From positions 1 through 64,000 of IMG/VR virus record IMGVR_UViG_3300025575_000011: a stretch of 64,000 bases of DNA. The stretch is one strand, 5' to 3'. The translations under genes were made by a program, and so were the position numbers. This document shows, piece after piece, positions 21,139 to 32,300 of this stretch. Each line of letters starts with the position of its first letter. Positions within the stretch are counted from its first letter, which is position 1. The DNA comes from a virus (taxonomy: Duplodnaviria; Caudoviricetes). The notes beneath the pieces were generated by a model. The model ran no database searches. It saw nothing but the letters and a program-made list of their open reading frames with translations, and was not told the origin of the DNA.

Positions 21139-21918
21139 ATGAATAGCCCTATATCTTGGGTGGGTGGCAAAAGTAGACTTAGAAATAAAATAATTGAACT
21201 TATACCCGAACATATTTGTTACGTTGAGGTTTTTGGTGGAAGTGGTGCTGTATTATTTGGAAAGACTCCAAGTAAAGTTGAGGCGTATAATGATAGGTTA
21301 GATTACTTAGTAAATATGTTCAAAGTATTTAAAACTATGCCAGAAGAATTCTTAAAAGAAATGGACTTAATACCTGTATCAAGAACAATATTCAATGAAT
21401 TTAAAAGTGATTATTACCATTTAGAAGATTTCACAGATGTAGAAAAAGCTGTTAGATTTTATTACTTAATTAAGGCAGGATTTGGATCTAGTTTACCCGG
21501 AGGCGGAGGAGGTTGTGGATTCGGAATAAGAACTGAAAGTCCATCAAGATTGAATTTAGATAAGGTAGAAGTAAATATTCGTCAAACATTTGAAAGACTG
21601 AAAAAAGTATTTATTGAGAATTTAGATTTTGAGGATTTAATAAATAGGTATGACAAAGAACATACTGTATTTTATTGCGATCCTCCATACATAGCCAGTA
21701 GAGAATACATAATTAAATTTACATTAGAAGATCATAAAAGACTTGCTAATAAATTACATAATATAAAAGGCAAATTTATTTTAAGCATAAATAATCACGA
21801 ATTAAGTCATGAATTATACAAGGATATGAACATTAAAGAAATAGAGCATAATTATTCTATGAGGAAAGATAGTCACAATACCGAGTGCAAAGAGTTAATT
21901 ATCACTAATTTTACTTAA
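21139..21918 (+). CDS. orphan Dam-like (D12 class) DNA adenine methyltransferase
   Basis: SPISWVGGKSRL, YVEVFGGSG, FYCDPPY. Confidence 0.9.
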   Translation: MNSPISWVGGKSRLRNKIIELIPEHICYVEVFGGSGAVLFGKTPSKVEAYNDRLDYLVNMFKVFKTMPEEFLKEMDLIPVSRTIFNEFKSDYYHLEDFTDVEKAVRFYYLIKAGFGSSLPGGGGGCGFGIRTESPSRLNLDKVEVNIRQTFERLKKVFIENLDFEDLINRYDKEHTVFYCDPPYIASREYIIKFTLEDHKRLANKLHNIKGKFILSINNHELSHELYKDMNIKEIEHNYSMRKDSHNTECKELIITNFT

Positions 21919-21995
21919 TATCCAACTAATATATAATAACATTATTATCATAAATAGTGATTGTAGTTCATTCACAGTATAAGGAGGATAACGAA

Positions 21996-22157
21996 ATAGA
22001 TAATGATAAACTAATTAGTGTTCTGAACTCAATTGAGTTTACATTGGTAAAACTAGATAATAGAATTACTTCACTAGAGATAAATGCGAATAAAGACTCT
22101 AATCGTCCTAAACCTATGCAGATGATTGATCAAGATGGAAATATTGTATATTATTAA
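21996..22157 (+). CDS. small hypothetical protein, probable ATA start
   Basis: AAGGAGG at 21981-21987, in-frame ATA 8 nt downstream. Confidence 0.4.
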   Translation: MDNDKLISVLNSIEFTLVKLDNRITSLEINANKDSNRPKPMQMIDQDGNIVYY

Positions 22158-22233
22158 ACCACCAAGAAATTTTGGTTTTATGGGAATATGCCTAAAATAC
22201 ATAAATAAGTAGTTTTTCATAAATCTAAGCAAT

Positions 22234-22269
22234 AAACCCCTGTAACCATTGGTATGACTACGTTTGAGA
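22234..22269. repeat. degenerate copy of the intergenic hairpin element
   Basis: aaacccctgtaaccattggtatgactacgtttgaga aligns without gaps to 39361-39396 (25/36 by eye); lies between junction sites 22164 and 22312. Confidence 0.55.
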
Positions 22270-23131
22270 CACTTCAAGGCATATAAATAATTAGTCCATA
22301 AAACTTTCCCCATAAAAAAGAAGTTTTAAAGGATAAAAAAAATTAGGAGAGTGTAAGATGAATAAAGTTAAGTTTGACAGAAAGTTTTTAAGAGATGATT
22401 TAGAATTGCCATACAGTGCAACAGAGAATAATATTATTGACTCAAGTAGATGGAGTATTCAGCACAAAATTGTCTTTGCATACGAGGATAAGTTTTATCA
22501 AGCATATTACTCAAAAGGTGCTACTGAAATGCAAGATGAAAGTCCTTGGGAATATGAAGAAGAAGTTGAATGTATTGAGGTAGAACTAAAAGAAGTTAAA
22601 GTTATGCAGTGGGTGACCGTATAATATGAAGATTAAAGACATTGTGGGTATAAATACAAAATGTGATTGCGGTTGTGATATCCCATATTTTAAAATTGTG
22701 TTTTTTCATAAGATTGGCATTTGTTATTTTAAAGAATGTACTGGTGACTGGTGGTTAAGGTTTATGTGGAGAGGTAAAAAATTTAAAGGGTGGAGACAAT
22801 ATTCAACGGTCAGTGGTTGGAGAAATTATAACATGTCATATGGATATGAGGAGTATTTTTTCTAGAAAATAAGGTAGATTAAAAGTTCATTTTCATGGGA
22901 TTAATAAGAAAGAAGGAAGATTAAAATGAATATCAGTGATTTAACTGTTGGTGACATTGTGGATGCTTACATAAATGGTGAAGAAACACATAGGGTAATG
23001 ATCATAGAAATTGGTGAAACATTGGTTTTTGGTATTGATTCAGATAATGAAGAGTATTCCATTGAGCCAAGAAGTGAGATTGAACGAGTTATTGCTAACA
23101 TTAATGAACTGTAAATTAGATATAATATTAT

Positions 23132-23160
23132 TTGCATTATGCCCATGAATATGTTATACT
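23132..23160 (+). promoter_or_regulatory. sigmaA-type promoter of the replication operon
   Basis: TTGCAT-17 nt-TATACT. Confidence 0.6.
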
Positions 23161-23323
23161 ATACATACGAGGTTAAACAATAAATATTTAAAGAAAGGAT
23201 TGATTGGTTGAAGAACTCAGGTAACTGCTGGAAGCCCATCAAACGTGGGAATTCCCCTCCTATTCAATTTATCGTTTAAATACATAATATAAATAATATA
23301 ATTGAAAGAAGGAATTATTAAAA

Positions 23324-24298
23324 ATGGCAAAGAAAACATTTAAACTAGAGCAAACTAAGGGTAACTTCAAATTTGAGGGAATTGTTGTTGGTATTTCTAA
23401 AGATACGGCTTTTATTGAAAGCGAAACCAAAGACCATAAGCCATACCGTAGCATAAGATTTATGGTTAAAACAAGTGCAACAAACATTGAGAATGTAGAA
23501 CTGTTTGGGGCAGAACAAGATTTTGTGTATGCTTACTCAAGAAATGATCAAAAAACACTAAAAGTACCATTTGCCGAAAGAAACAATGAGTTTCCTGATG
23601 GTTATCACTTAATTGGAGTAAACGTAACTGTTGGAGAAGAAGAACGAGCAACATTCGCAGATTTTGACGCAGCAGAAGCAATTTACCAAGGCTTTAGTGA
23701 TGGAGATAGTGTCCATGTTGCAGGAGAAATTAAACCTAATTCATACATAAGCTCTACAAGTGGCTTACTGGTTAGTAATTTCAAGTATATCATTAAAACA
23801 ATTTATACAAAAAAGAAACCTGTTGACTTTGAAGAAGCATCATTTAAAGAAACAGCATCTTTTGACCACGAATTAGTCATTACTGACGCAAATCTTGATA
23901 AAGATACAGATAAGGTTATTGTGAATGGTTATGCAATTGGGTATGCTGATTCCGTAAAGCAAATTCAATTTGTAATTCATAATGACAAAAATCCAAAGTT
24001 AGGTAAAAACTTCTTGAAACTAAAATTTGGTGATTTCATTAAGGTACTTGGAATTTGTACAAATGCTCCTCAACAACAAGCTGTAGAAGAAGACGAATGG
24101 GGTTCTGAAGTTCCACAAGGATACAATACTGGTGGAAAGTATATTTCAGAATTACGAATTACAGCAGTTGATAAGGACAAAGATGGTGCTTCAGTCTTCA
24201 AAAAAGGTAAGTATAATGAAGAAAGTTTTGCTGAAGATGATGAACAAGAAGAAAAACCAGAGTCAAAAGAATTAGAAGATGATGACTTGCCGTTTTAG
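23324..24298 (+). CDS. single-stranded DNA-binding protein (two OB folds, SPbeta-like)
   Basis: Beta-rich tandem domains, acidic tail ending DDDLPF, first gene of the replication operon. Confidence 0.7.
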   Translation: MAKKTFKLEQTKGNFKFEGIVVGISKDTAFIESETKDHKPYRSIRFMVKTSATNIENVELFGAEQDFVYAYSRNDQKTLKVPFAERNNEFPDGYHLIGVNVTVGEEERATFADFDAAEAIYQGFSDGDSVHVAGEIKPNSYISSTSGLLVSNFKYIIKTIYTKKKPVDFEEASFKETASFDHELVITDANLDKDTDKVIVNGYAIGYADSVKQIQFVIHNDKNPKLGKNFLKLKFGDFIKVLGICTNAPQQQAVEEDEWGSEVPQGYNTGGKYISELRITAVDKDKDGASVFKKGKYNEESFAEDDEQEEKPESKELEDDDLPF

Positions 24299-24379
24299 AA
24301 ATTACTAGGGGCTTAGTAGCGAGCTAAGATTAATCTCTTAGCTCAACAAATAAATAAAATAAATGGAGGAATTTAAATA

Positions 24380-25369
24380 ATGGCAGGATTTAAAAAAGCG
24401 TCAAGAGAAAAATTGTGGGTAAAAGTATTAATGGCAGGTTCGTCAGGTGCAGGAAAATCTTACACAGCATTAAGAGTAGCAAAAGGCATGGCAAAAAAGA
24501 CAGGCGGTAAAGTGGCAGCCATTGATACAGAGAATGGTCGTATTAGATACTATGCAAATGAATTTGACTTTGATGATATGCAATTAGAGTCTCCTTACAG
24601 CCCTGAGAAATACATAGAAGCAATTGAAGAAGCCGTGGATGGTGGATATACAGTATTGATCCTTGATAGTATTTCTCATGAGTGGGAATTCTGCTTAGAC
24701 GTTCACTCTAAAATGCCGGGGAATTCATACACAAACTGGTCAAAAGTTACCCCACGACATGACAAATTCATGGAAAAGATTCTTCAAGCTCCAATTCATG
24801 TAATTGCAACTGCAAGAGGAAAAGATGAGTATGTACTTGAAGAAAAGAATGGCAAGCAAGTTCCTAAGAAAGTAGGTTTGGGATATAAACAAAGGGATGG
24901 TGTTGAGTATAATTACACTGTAACTTTTAATATTGACCAACAATCTCATGTTGCGACTGCTACAAAGGATAACACACATATTTTTGAAGAGCGATATGAC
25001 GTTCTTACTGAAAAAGATGGTGTTGCATTGTATGAGTGGGCAAATAGTGGAGATGCACCTATTGCACCAGTAAAGAATGAAGTAGTAGAAGAAAAACCTG
25101 AAAAGAAGGTAGTAGTTGAGGAAAAGAAAGTAACTAAAGTGAAGGAAGAAGAAGTTCCAGTCGAAGATGACGAACCAGACTTTGACGATGAAGTTTCTGC
25201 TTTAGACGTACAGAAGAAAATCACAACTCTAGCAAAAACATTTGAACCAAGTGTGAAGAAAGAATTTGGTGCAAAGGTTAAGAAATTATTAGTAACAACT
25301 GCTAATTATAATAAATGTGAAGATATTGAGCAATTACAAGCAATCCTGACTATTGCGGAAGGTATGTAA
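24380..25369 (+). CDS. AAA_24 / Sak4-like recombination ATPase
   Basis: Walker A GSSGAGKS, IDTE, Walker B LILDSISHEW, YEF-like YNYTVTF. Confidence 0.85.
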   Translation: MAGFKKASREKLWVKVLMAGSSGAGKSYTALRVAKGMAKKTGGKVAAIDTENGRIRYYANEFDFDDMQLESPYSPEKYIEAIEEAVDGGYTVLILDSISHEWEFCLDVHSKMPGNSYTNWSKVTPRHDKFMEKILQAPIHVIATARGKDEYVLEEKNGKQVPKKVGLGYKQRDGVEYNYTVTFNIDQQSHVATATKDNTHIFEERYDVLTEKDGVALYEWANSGDAPIAPVKNEVVEEKPEKKVVVEEKKVTKVKEEEVPVEDDEPDFDDEVSALDVQKKITTLAKTFEPSVKKEFGAKVKKLLVTTANYNKCEDIEQLQAILTIAEGM

Positions 25370-25421
25370 TTAAAGTAGGAGGGGATTAATTTCCCCTCTA
25401 TCCTAATCTAAGGAGAGTAAA

Positions 25422-25982
25422 ATGCCTAAATGTAATTATTGTAAAAATGATACAGAGAAGAAAGACGTAATTAAATATCTAGATGAGTATATTAAAACAC
25501 CTAAGAGAGTAAACATGTGCTCACAAACTTGTATTGAAAATTATAAAAGGGAACAAGATTCTAAGATAAAAGAAAGAGATGGATACCTTTTACTTTGTGA
25601 TTATGTAATGAAAGTGCATAATTATACATTTTTACCAAATGGCTTTTATACCGTCTTAAAAGATTTAAGAGATGGGACTATAAGGCAAAGAGAAATTCTT
25701 ATTAAAAAAGATAAACAAGGAGTGCCTTGGAAGGATTTATTAGTTTCATATAAATTTTCTGAAGCAAGTATAAAAAGATCAGCTTTAACAAAATCGTTTA
25801 ATACTTTAACAAATGAATTATTATATGGTCTAGCAATAGTAAAAAATAATTTAGTTAAGGCTAAACAATTACAGAAACAAAAAGAAATGAATGAAAAGAT
25901 TGTTAATAAGGTTAATTTAGATGACGAAACTCATTATACTAAAAAAGTGTTTAAAGATGATATTAGCAATATGTTAGATTGA
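25422..25982 (+). CDS. hypothetical replication-associated protein with N-terminal Zn finger
   Basis: CNYC...CSQTC; directly upstream of the helicase. Confidence 0.55.
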   Translation: MPKCNYCKNDTEKKDVIKYLDEYIKTPKRVNMCSQTCIENYKREQDSKIKERDGYLLLCDYVMKVHNYTFLPNGFYTVLKDLRDGTIRQREILIKKDKQGVPWKDLLVSYKFSEASIKRSALTKSFNTLTNELLYGLAIVKNNLVKAKQLQKQKEMNEKIVNKVNLDDETHYTKKVFKDDISNMLD

Positions 25983-25993
25983 GGAGAGTTTAA

Positions 25994-27529
25994 ATGGCAG
26001 AAGTAAAAAAAGAACAAGAGTTATATGACAATATTTACCTAAGTGAAAGTTACTTAGTAGGACTCTTTTGGGTTAACCCTGAACTCTATCTTACATATAC
26101 AGAGGATAAAATTAATCACAAAACTTTTGCAAATAGAATTTGGCAGTTGTATTTTTACTTAGGAAAAGAACTTACCGACACTGGTAAGAGAATTTTTGAT
26201 GATATTACAGTTGAAGAATATGTTTCTAAGACAACTAAAATACAAAAGAGTTATCGCGAGTATGGAGAATACCAAACCATGCAGGAAATCATTAATGAGG
26301 TAAGGGACAAGGAAGAAAACTTTGAAGGCTATTATGACGAAGTAAAGAAATTTAATATGTTAAGATCCTTATTTGAATTATTTGGAGAACAAGTTATCAC
26401 TGTAAAAGGTAAATATAATTATAAAAACATGTCTTCAGAGCAAATCGGAACATACTGGCAGGACAATGTAAACAAAAGGTTAGTGCTTTGTGATAGTAAA
26501 ATTGAGGAACACAACTTACTAGAAGGTCTAGAAAGTTTTATTGAAGAAATTGATGATAAACCTGATATTGGTCTTCCTTTTGACAATAGTAGAGATTTCA
26601 CTAATATTTGTAATGGGTGGGATTTTGGTCACATTTACATATTTTCAAGTTTCTCAGGCAAAGGAAAAACATCTTTTGCTATGGCTAAAGTCATAATGTC
26701 TTGTGTAAAGCATAAGGAAAAATTACTTATCATAGCAAATGAAATGGGAGTAAAGGAGTATAAGAAACTACTACTCATTACAATTATGGGAAATGAAATG
26801 TACGAGTGGTTACAAACAAAAGGATATAAGGGATTCCATCGGCAGAATATTGACAAAGGAAATTTCTCAGAAGAGGACAAGGAAAAATTAAGAGAAGCTA
26901 CTAAAATAATTAAAGCTGTTACTGATGGACAACATGATTACATAAAATTTGTACCTTTGGACATTTATACAATCGCTAATGTAGAAAAAACCATTAGATA
27001 TTATGCCAATAGAGGATACAAAAGATTGATAGTTGATACTGCAAAACCAAGTGATGGTAATAAAGAAAGATGGGTACAGTTTACAGAGGATTTCGAGAAG
27101 ATATATAAATTAGCTAGACCAAATGGTGGTGGACTAAATTTAGCAGTATACACTACAGTTCAATTGGCTGATGCTAATGTAAAACAAAGGTATTTAGATG
27201 AAACTTGTTTGGGCGATGCTAAGAAGATCAAAAATGTTGCAAGTGTCGTGTGGCACATGAGGGGTGTTTGGGATGATGAATTCAAAGACTGTAAAAGAGA
27301 AATTAAAGTTTATCAATATCGTAAACAAGCAGGAACTCCAAAGGGATATGAAACTGTTGAATTTACTCTAGAAAAAAGTAGTGATTATACATATATGCTA
27401 ATGTTTACTTCAAAAAATAGGCGTGGAATGTCAAATGACACGGGGTTAGATGTTCTAGTGTTTAAGGTTTCGTTTAATCGTAATAGTTGGCAAGAAATAG
27501 GGTGGACAAAAATATATAAAGACTATTAG
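25994..27529 (+). CDS. dnaB: DnaB-like replicative helicase
   Basis: Walker A SSFSGKGKTS, ANEM, IVDTAK, TVQL, KNRRG. Confidence 0.85.
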   Translation: MAEVKKEQELYDNIYLSESYLVGLFWVNPELYLTYTEDKINHKTFANRIWQLYFYLGKELTDTGKRIFDDITVEEYVSKTTKIQKSYREYGEYQTMQEIINEVRDKEENFEGYYDEVKKFNMLRSLFELFGEQVITVKGKYNYKNMSSEQIGTYWQDNVNKRLVLCDSKIEEHNLLEGLESFIEEIDDKPDIGLPFDNSRDFTNICNGWDFGHIYIFSSFSGKGKTSFAMAKVIMSCVKHKEKLLIIANEMGVKEYKKLLLITIMGNEMYEWLQTKGYKGFHRQNIDKGNFSEEDKEKLREATKIIKAVTDGQHDYIKFVPLDIYTIANVEKTIRYYANRGYKRLIVDTAKPSDGNKERWVQFTEDFEKIYKLARPNGGGLNLAVYTTVQLADANVKQRYLDETCLGDAKKIKNVASVVWHMRGVWDDEFKDCKREIKVYQYRKQAGTPKGYETVEFTLEKSSDYTYMLMFTSKNRRGMSNDTGLDVLVFKVSFNRNSWQEIGWTKIYKDY

Positions 27530-27546
27530 AAAAGAAGGTATCTCTA

Positions 27547-28569
27547 TTGACTGATTTACAAATTATTAAAAAGAAAATATTTGATGAAGAGAAAATAGAA
27601 TACCTTCTGGAGCAACTTGGTTGTGAAAATATTAAGTCAGAGCAACAAGGGCAACTAATTACAGCAAAACTTCCAGATAGTATTGAGTCTTCTAATAACA
27701 GAAGTGTTCAGGTTAAAGTCAGAGAGAGTTTATCATCATACATAAGAAGTAAAAATGTCCAAGGAGATATATTTAATCTAGTAGAGTTCATTCAAGAGTG
27801 TGATCTTTGTCAAGCTAAGTATTGGGTGTGTAATGTTTTAAATTATGATATAACTTTTAACGATTACAAGCCCAAGAAAGATTGGAATGAAAGATTACAC
27901 AACATACTAAAAAAAAGACAAAAGGAGTATGCACCATCTGTAAACATCCTCTTATCAGAAGATTCATTATTACAATATGCCAAAATACCATCTCATGAAT
28001 GGTGGAAAGAAGGGTTATTATGTAAAACACAAATTGAATTTGAGGTTGGATTAGATGGTAGTGGTGGAGCAGATAAAATAGTGTTCCCAATACGTGATGA
28101 AAACACAGGGTTATTGACTATCAAAGAAAGATTTACTCATGAGTTTGAAGAATTCCATAAGGACATGAAATATTTTTACGCCTATCCTTATAATAGACAA
28201 TTGAATGTTTTCAACTTACATAGAGCAAAGGAACATACTCAAGATATAATTTATGTATTTGAGGGAGAAAAATCGTGCATGTTCGCATGGCAATGGAACG
28301 TGAAAAACACAGTGTCCACACAGGGTAAGGAAATTTCGCCTTTACAAATTCTTAAATTATTAAGGTTAGACTGTAAAATAATATTTGTATTTGATAAAGA
28401 TGTACCACTTGATTTCTTTAGTAAGTACAAAAATCAACTCATGACAAGATTATCTTATTGTATTTTGGATGTAGATAACTTGTTTGAAGGTAAAGAATCT
28501 CCTGTGGATAGGGGGAAAGAGAGTTTTTTAAAATTAATTAATGAACCAAAAAATAGATTTAAAATTTAG
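27547..28569 (+). CDS. dnaG: DNA primase (TOPRIM)
   Basis: GDIFNLV, IVFPIRDE, FEGEKSCM, FVFDKD; follows the helicase. Confidence 0.8.
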   Translation: MTDLQIIKKKIFDEEKIEYLLEQLGCENIKSEQQGQLITAKLPDSIESSNNRSVQVKVRESLSSYIRSKNVQGDIFNLVEFIQECDLCQAKYWVCNVLNYDITFNDYKPKKDWNERLHNILKKRQKEYAPSVNILLSEDSLLQYAKIPSHEWWKEGLLCKTQIEFEVGLDGSGGADKIVFPIRDENTGLLTIKERFTHEFEEFHKDMKYFYAYPYNRQLNVFNLHRAKEHTQDIIYVFEGEKSCMFAWQWNVKNTVSTQGKEISPLQILKLLRLDCKIIFVFDKDVPLDFFSKYKNQLMTRLSYCILDVDNLFEGKESPVDRGKESFLKLINEPKNRFKI

Positions 28570-28572
28570 GAG

Positions 28573-29322
28573 ATGAAATTATTGGTAAATGTAAAGGAAA
28601 TGGTATGGAGCTTTAGTAGACTTAATAGTTTTCACGGGTGTAAACATGCTTGGTATAATTCATATGTTTTAAAAGATAGGGGAGAGAGTAATTCTTTTGC
28701 TATTTATGGGACTTTAGTCCATCAATTATTTGAGGATTATACTAGTGGCAAATTAGAAGTTTATGAACTAGTAGAGGAATTTGAAAAGCAATACGATTCT
28801 AATGTTTGGGACTTCCCTCCTAACAAATATGTTAATCTTAGTGATTCATATAGGAGTCAGGGGGTAGAATATTTTACAAGTTTTGACGGTTTTGACGAAT
28901 ACAAAATATTAGGGACAGAGAAAAAGATTAATTTTGAAATAGATGGTTATAAATTTGTTGGATATATAGATAGTTTGTTGGAAGATGAGTATGGAAAAAT
29001 GATTGTACAAGATTATAAATCAAAGGCAGCATTCAAAAGTAAGAAAGAGAAAAAAGAATATGCTAGGCAACTTTATCTGTACTCCGTCCCATTAATTGAG
29101 GAATACGGAAAATGTCCAGATAAATTAGTTTTTAATATGTTCAGAAAACAAAAGATGGAAGAGATAAAGTTTGATGTAAAAGATTTGGAAGAAGCAAAAA
29201 AATGGGCGTTAGATACAATTGAAGCTGTCAGTAAGGAAGAAGAATTCCCTGCTACAATAAATGATTTCTTTTGCAATCAATTGTGTAATATGAGAGCAAA
29301 ATGTGAAGAAAGGTTGAAGTAA
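28573..29322 (+). CDS. PD-(D/E)XK RecB-like nuclease
   Basis: WSFSRL..F..C, GTLVH, GYIDSL...QDYKS, RQLYLY, C-terminal C..LC...C. Confidence 0.85.
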   Translation: MKLLVNVKEMVWSFSRLNSFHGCKHAWYNSYVLKDRGESNSFAIYGTLVHQLFEDYTSGKLEVYELVEEFEKQYDSNVWDFPPNKYVNLSDSYRSQGVEYFTSFDGFDEYKILGTEKKINFEIDGYKFVGYIDSLLEDEYGKMIVQDYKSKAAFKSKKEKKEYARQLYLYSVPLIEEYGKCPDKLVFNMFRKQKMEEIKFDVKDLEEAKKWALDTIEAVSKEEEFPATINDFFCNQLCNMRAKCEERLK

Positions 29323-32300
29323 ATGGATAAAAACTATGTAATGTACCACTGCCATAGCACCATGAGCAACGGTACTATGATGGATAGTTCTACAAATTTT
29401 CAGAAATATATTGATTTAGCAGTTGCTAACGGGATGAGTAGCATAGCATTCAGTGAGCACGGGAATATTTTCAACTGGATTCAAAAGAAAATGTCTTGCG
29501 ATAAAGCTGGTATCAAGTATATACATGGAGAAGAGTTTTATTCTACAACTACAATTGATGAAAAAATCAGAGAAACATTCCATATAGGTTTATATGCTAA
29601 GAATTGGGATGGAGTAAAGGAAATTAATAAATTATCTTCAAAATCTTTTAATAAAGAAGATAACCATTTTTACTATAGGCCAAGACTCTCATTAGAAGAA
29701 ATAATGAATACTTCTGACTCGATTATCGTTACAACAGCGTGTATGGCTTCAATTTTATGGCAAAGAAAAGGAGAACCAGCAGCGGAAGAATTTTTAGAGT
29801 GGATGAGTGAAAATAAACACAGATGCTTTCTAGAAGTTCAATATCATAACAACTCTGAAGAACAAAAAGAATATAATTTATTGTTGTTAGAACACAGCAA
29901 GAAGTATGGCATTCCATTGATCTCAGGCACAGACACACATGCAGGAGATGATGAAGATGCAGAATTAAGAAAGGTACTTCAATTATCTAAAGGAATAAAG
30001 TTTCCAGAGGAAGAAGAGTTTGACTTAACTTTTAAAACATATGGTGAATTAGTGAAGGAATTTAAAAATCAAAAGTGCTTACCAGAGAAAGTTTACCTAG
30101 AGGCAATTAATAATACTAATGTTTTTGCTGATATGGTAGAAAGTTTTGAACTGGATTTTTCTTATAAGTACCCTAAAATATATGAAACTCCTGAGTCAGA
30201 ATTAAAAAAGAGAGTCAATACTGGTGTTCTTGGCAGAAAATTAAATTCATGGGAAGATAAAGATAAGAAAAAACAATATTATGCTAGAATTAAAGAAGAA
30301 TTTGCTGTTTTTGACCAACTTAAAATGTTGGATTATATTCTATTATTAGACGATATTATTAACTTTTGTAAGGAAAACAATATCAGTGTTTCTCCAAGAG
30401 GGTCATGCAATGGAAGCTTAATCTTATGGGCATTAGGAATTACAGATATTGATAGTATTAGATTTGATCTTCCATTTTTTAGATTCTGCAACCCTGAACG
30501 TGTATCATTGGGCGATGTTGATATAGACATGGCAAGTATTAAGAGGCCACTAGTAAAAGACTTCCTTTATACATATCCAAAGATCCAAGGGAGTGCAATC
30601 ATTACATTCCAAACATACGCACTCAGAGGGGCTATTAAGGGCATAGGAAGAGGATTGAATATTCCACTGTCAGAAGTAGAATCTATCTCAGCAGACATTG
30701 ACGAGATAGATGAGGAAGATGATAAAGGAGAAAGCAAAAAGATTACAACTTTCCACAATAAAGAGAAATGGGAAGCTAAGTACCCTAAATTATTAACTAT
30801 GGCTTACAGATGCCTTGGTGTAATTGAGAATGTATCTACTCATGCTTGTGGCTTTGTTGCTACAGACAGGAATATTGATGAGGAAATTGGCACATTTAAG
30901 TCAGATAAGTGTCCTTGGGTTATTTCGCAAAACAATATGAAATGCATTGACGCTGTAAACTTTGTAAAAATGGACTTACTTGTTGTTGATAATGTTCAAA
31001 TTGTTGAGGACACTTGCAGATTGGCAGAAGTACCAATTCTAGATAATAATGAAATTGATTTTGAGGATATTGATGTTTGGAATGAGATGTTAATATCAGG
31101 TCTTGGAATATTCCAGTTTGAGAAGACAGGATTTAGACATTTAAAACATACATTAGAAAACTTTGGAGAGTTTCAGAAACAAGTCAAAGGCATAACTAGA
31201 TTAGATGTAATGACTGCACTAAATGGTATTATCAGACCAGCCGGGGATTCTATTCGTGATGATTTTATTCTAGGTAAGCCTTTTAGAAGTGGAATGAAAG
31301 AAATTGATGATTCTTTAGGAGAAACCCTATCATATTGTATTTATCAAGAGCAGATCATGATGTGGCTTTATAATTTCTGTGGATATACTATGGCCCAAAG
31401 CGATACGGTTAGGCGTGGTATTGCTAAGAAATATGGTACAGAGAAATTAATACCTGAGATTGAAAAGGGGTTTATGGACTTTTGTACTAAAACATATCCA
31501 CAATATGATGAAGAATATTTAAAAATTGTGCTTGCAAAATTTATTCAGGTTATTCTCGATGCCAGTTTTTATGGATTCTCGAAAAATCACTCAAATCCAT
31601 ATTCAATTTTAGGGTTTAAGTGTGCATATTTAAGGCATTACTATCCATTGGAGTTTTTAACAGTTCAATTTAATATTAATGATGGAAGGATAGAAAAAAC
31701 ATCTAAGATTAATGATTATATGAATAAATTTACTGACATAAAAGTAAAATCAATTAAATTTAGAAAATCTAAATCAGAATATGCTTGCGATAAAAGTACA
31801 AATATTATTTACAAAGGTATTAAGTCAGTAAAATATCTGAGTGAACAGGTAGCTTTAGAATTACACGAACTAGGTAAAAAGGAGTATGATTCGTTTCTTG
31901 ACTTAATAATGGAGATTACAGAAAATAGTTGTGTCAATTCAAGACAAATGGCAATTCTCATTAAACTTAATTTCTTTGAAGAATTTGGTGGCAATAAATA
32001 TTTGATGAATGTTTACGAAGCGTTTTCTTCCAAATACAAAAAGACTTATGTTGATAAAACAAAAGTAAAAAGAATTGAGGAAATAAAAACATTGATATCT
32101 GATATGGAAGATGTGGCTTTTAATATTAAAGAGCAACTTGAGTATGAGAAGGAATTTCTAGGATTTTTACAGTCTACATTTGATATGGACGAAACATTTG
32201 TTTATATATCTGATCTTGACTTAAAATATTCACCAAAAGTAATGTGTTATTATTTAAAAGGTGGGTATGAAGAGTGCCTTAAGATATACAAGAAGGAATA

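Larger units (their letters stand above)
14079..23114 (+). other. co-oriented array of more than 25 small (30-120 aa) hypothetical ORFs, many Cys-rich or single-TM, separated by the palindromic junction site
   Basis: For example 14079, 14445, 14748, 15021, 15514, 15736, 16064, 16335, 16582, 16782, 17148, 17403, 17611, 17855, 18245, 18774, 22358, 22626, 22926, nearly all with a Shine-Dalgarno sequence. Confidence 0.75.
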
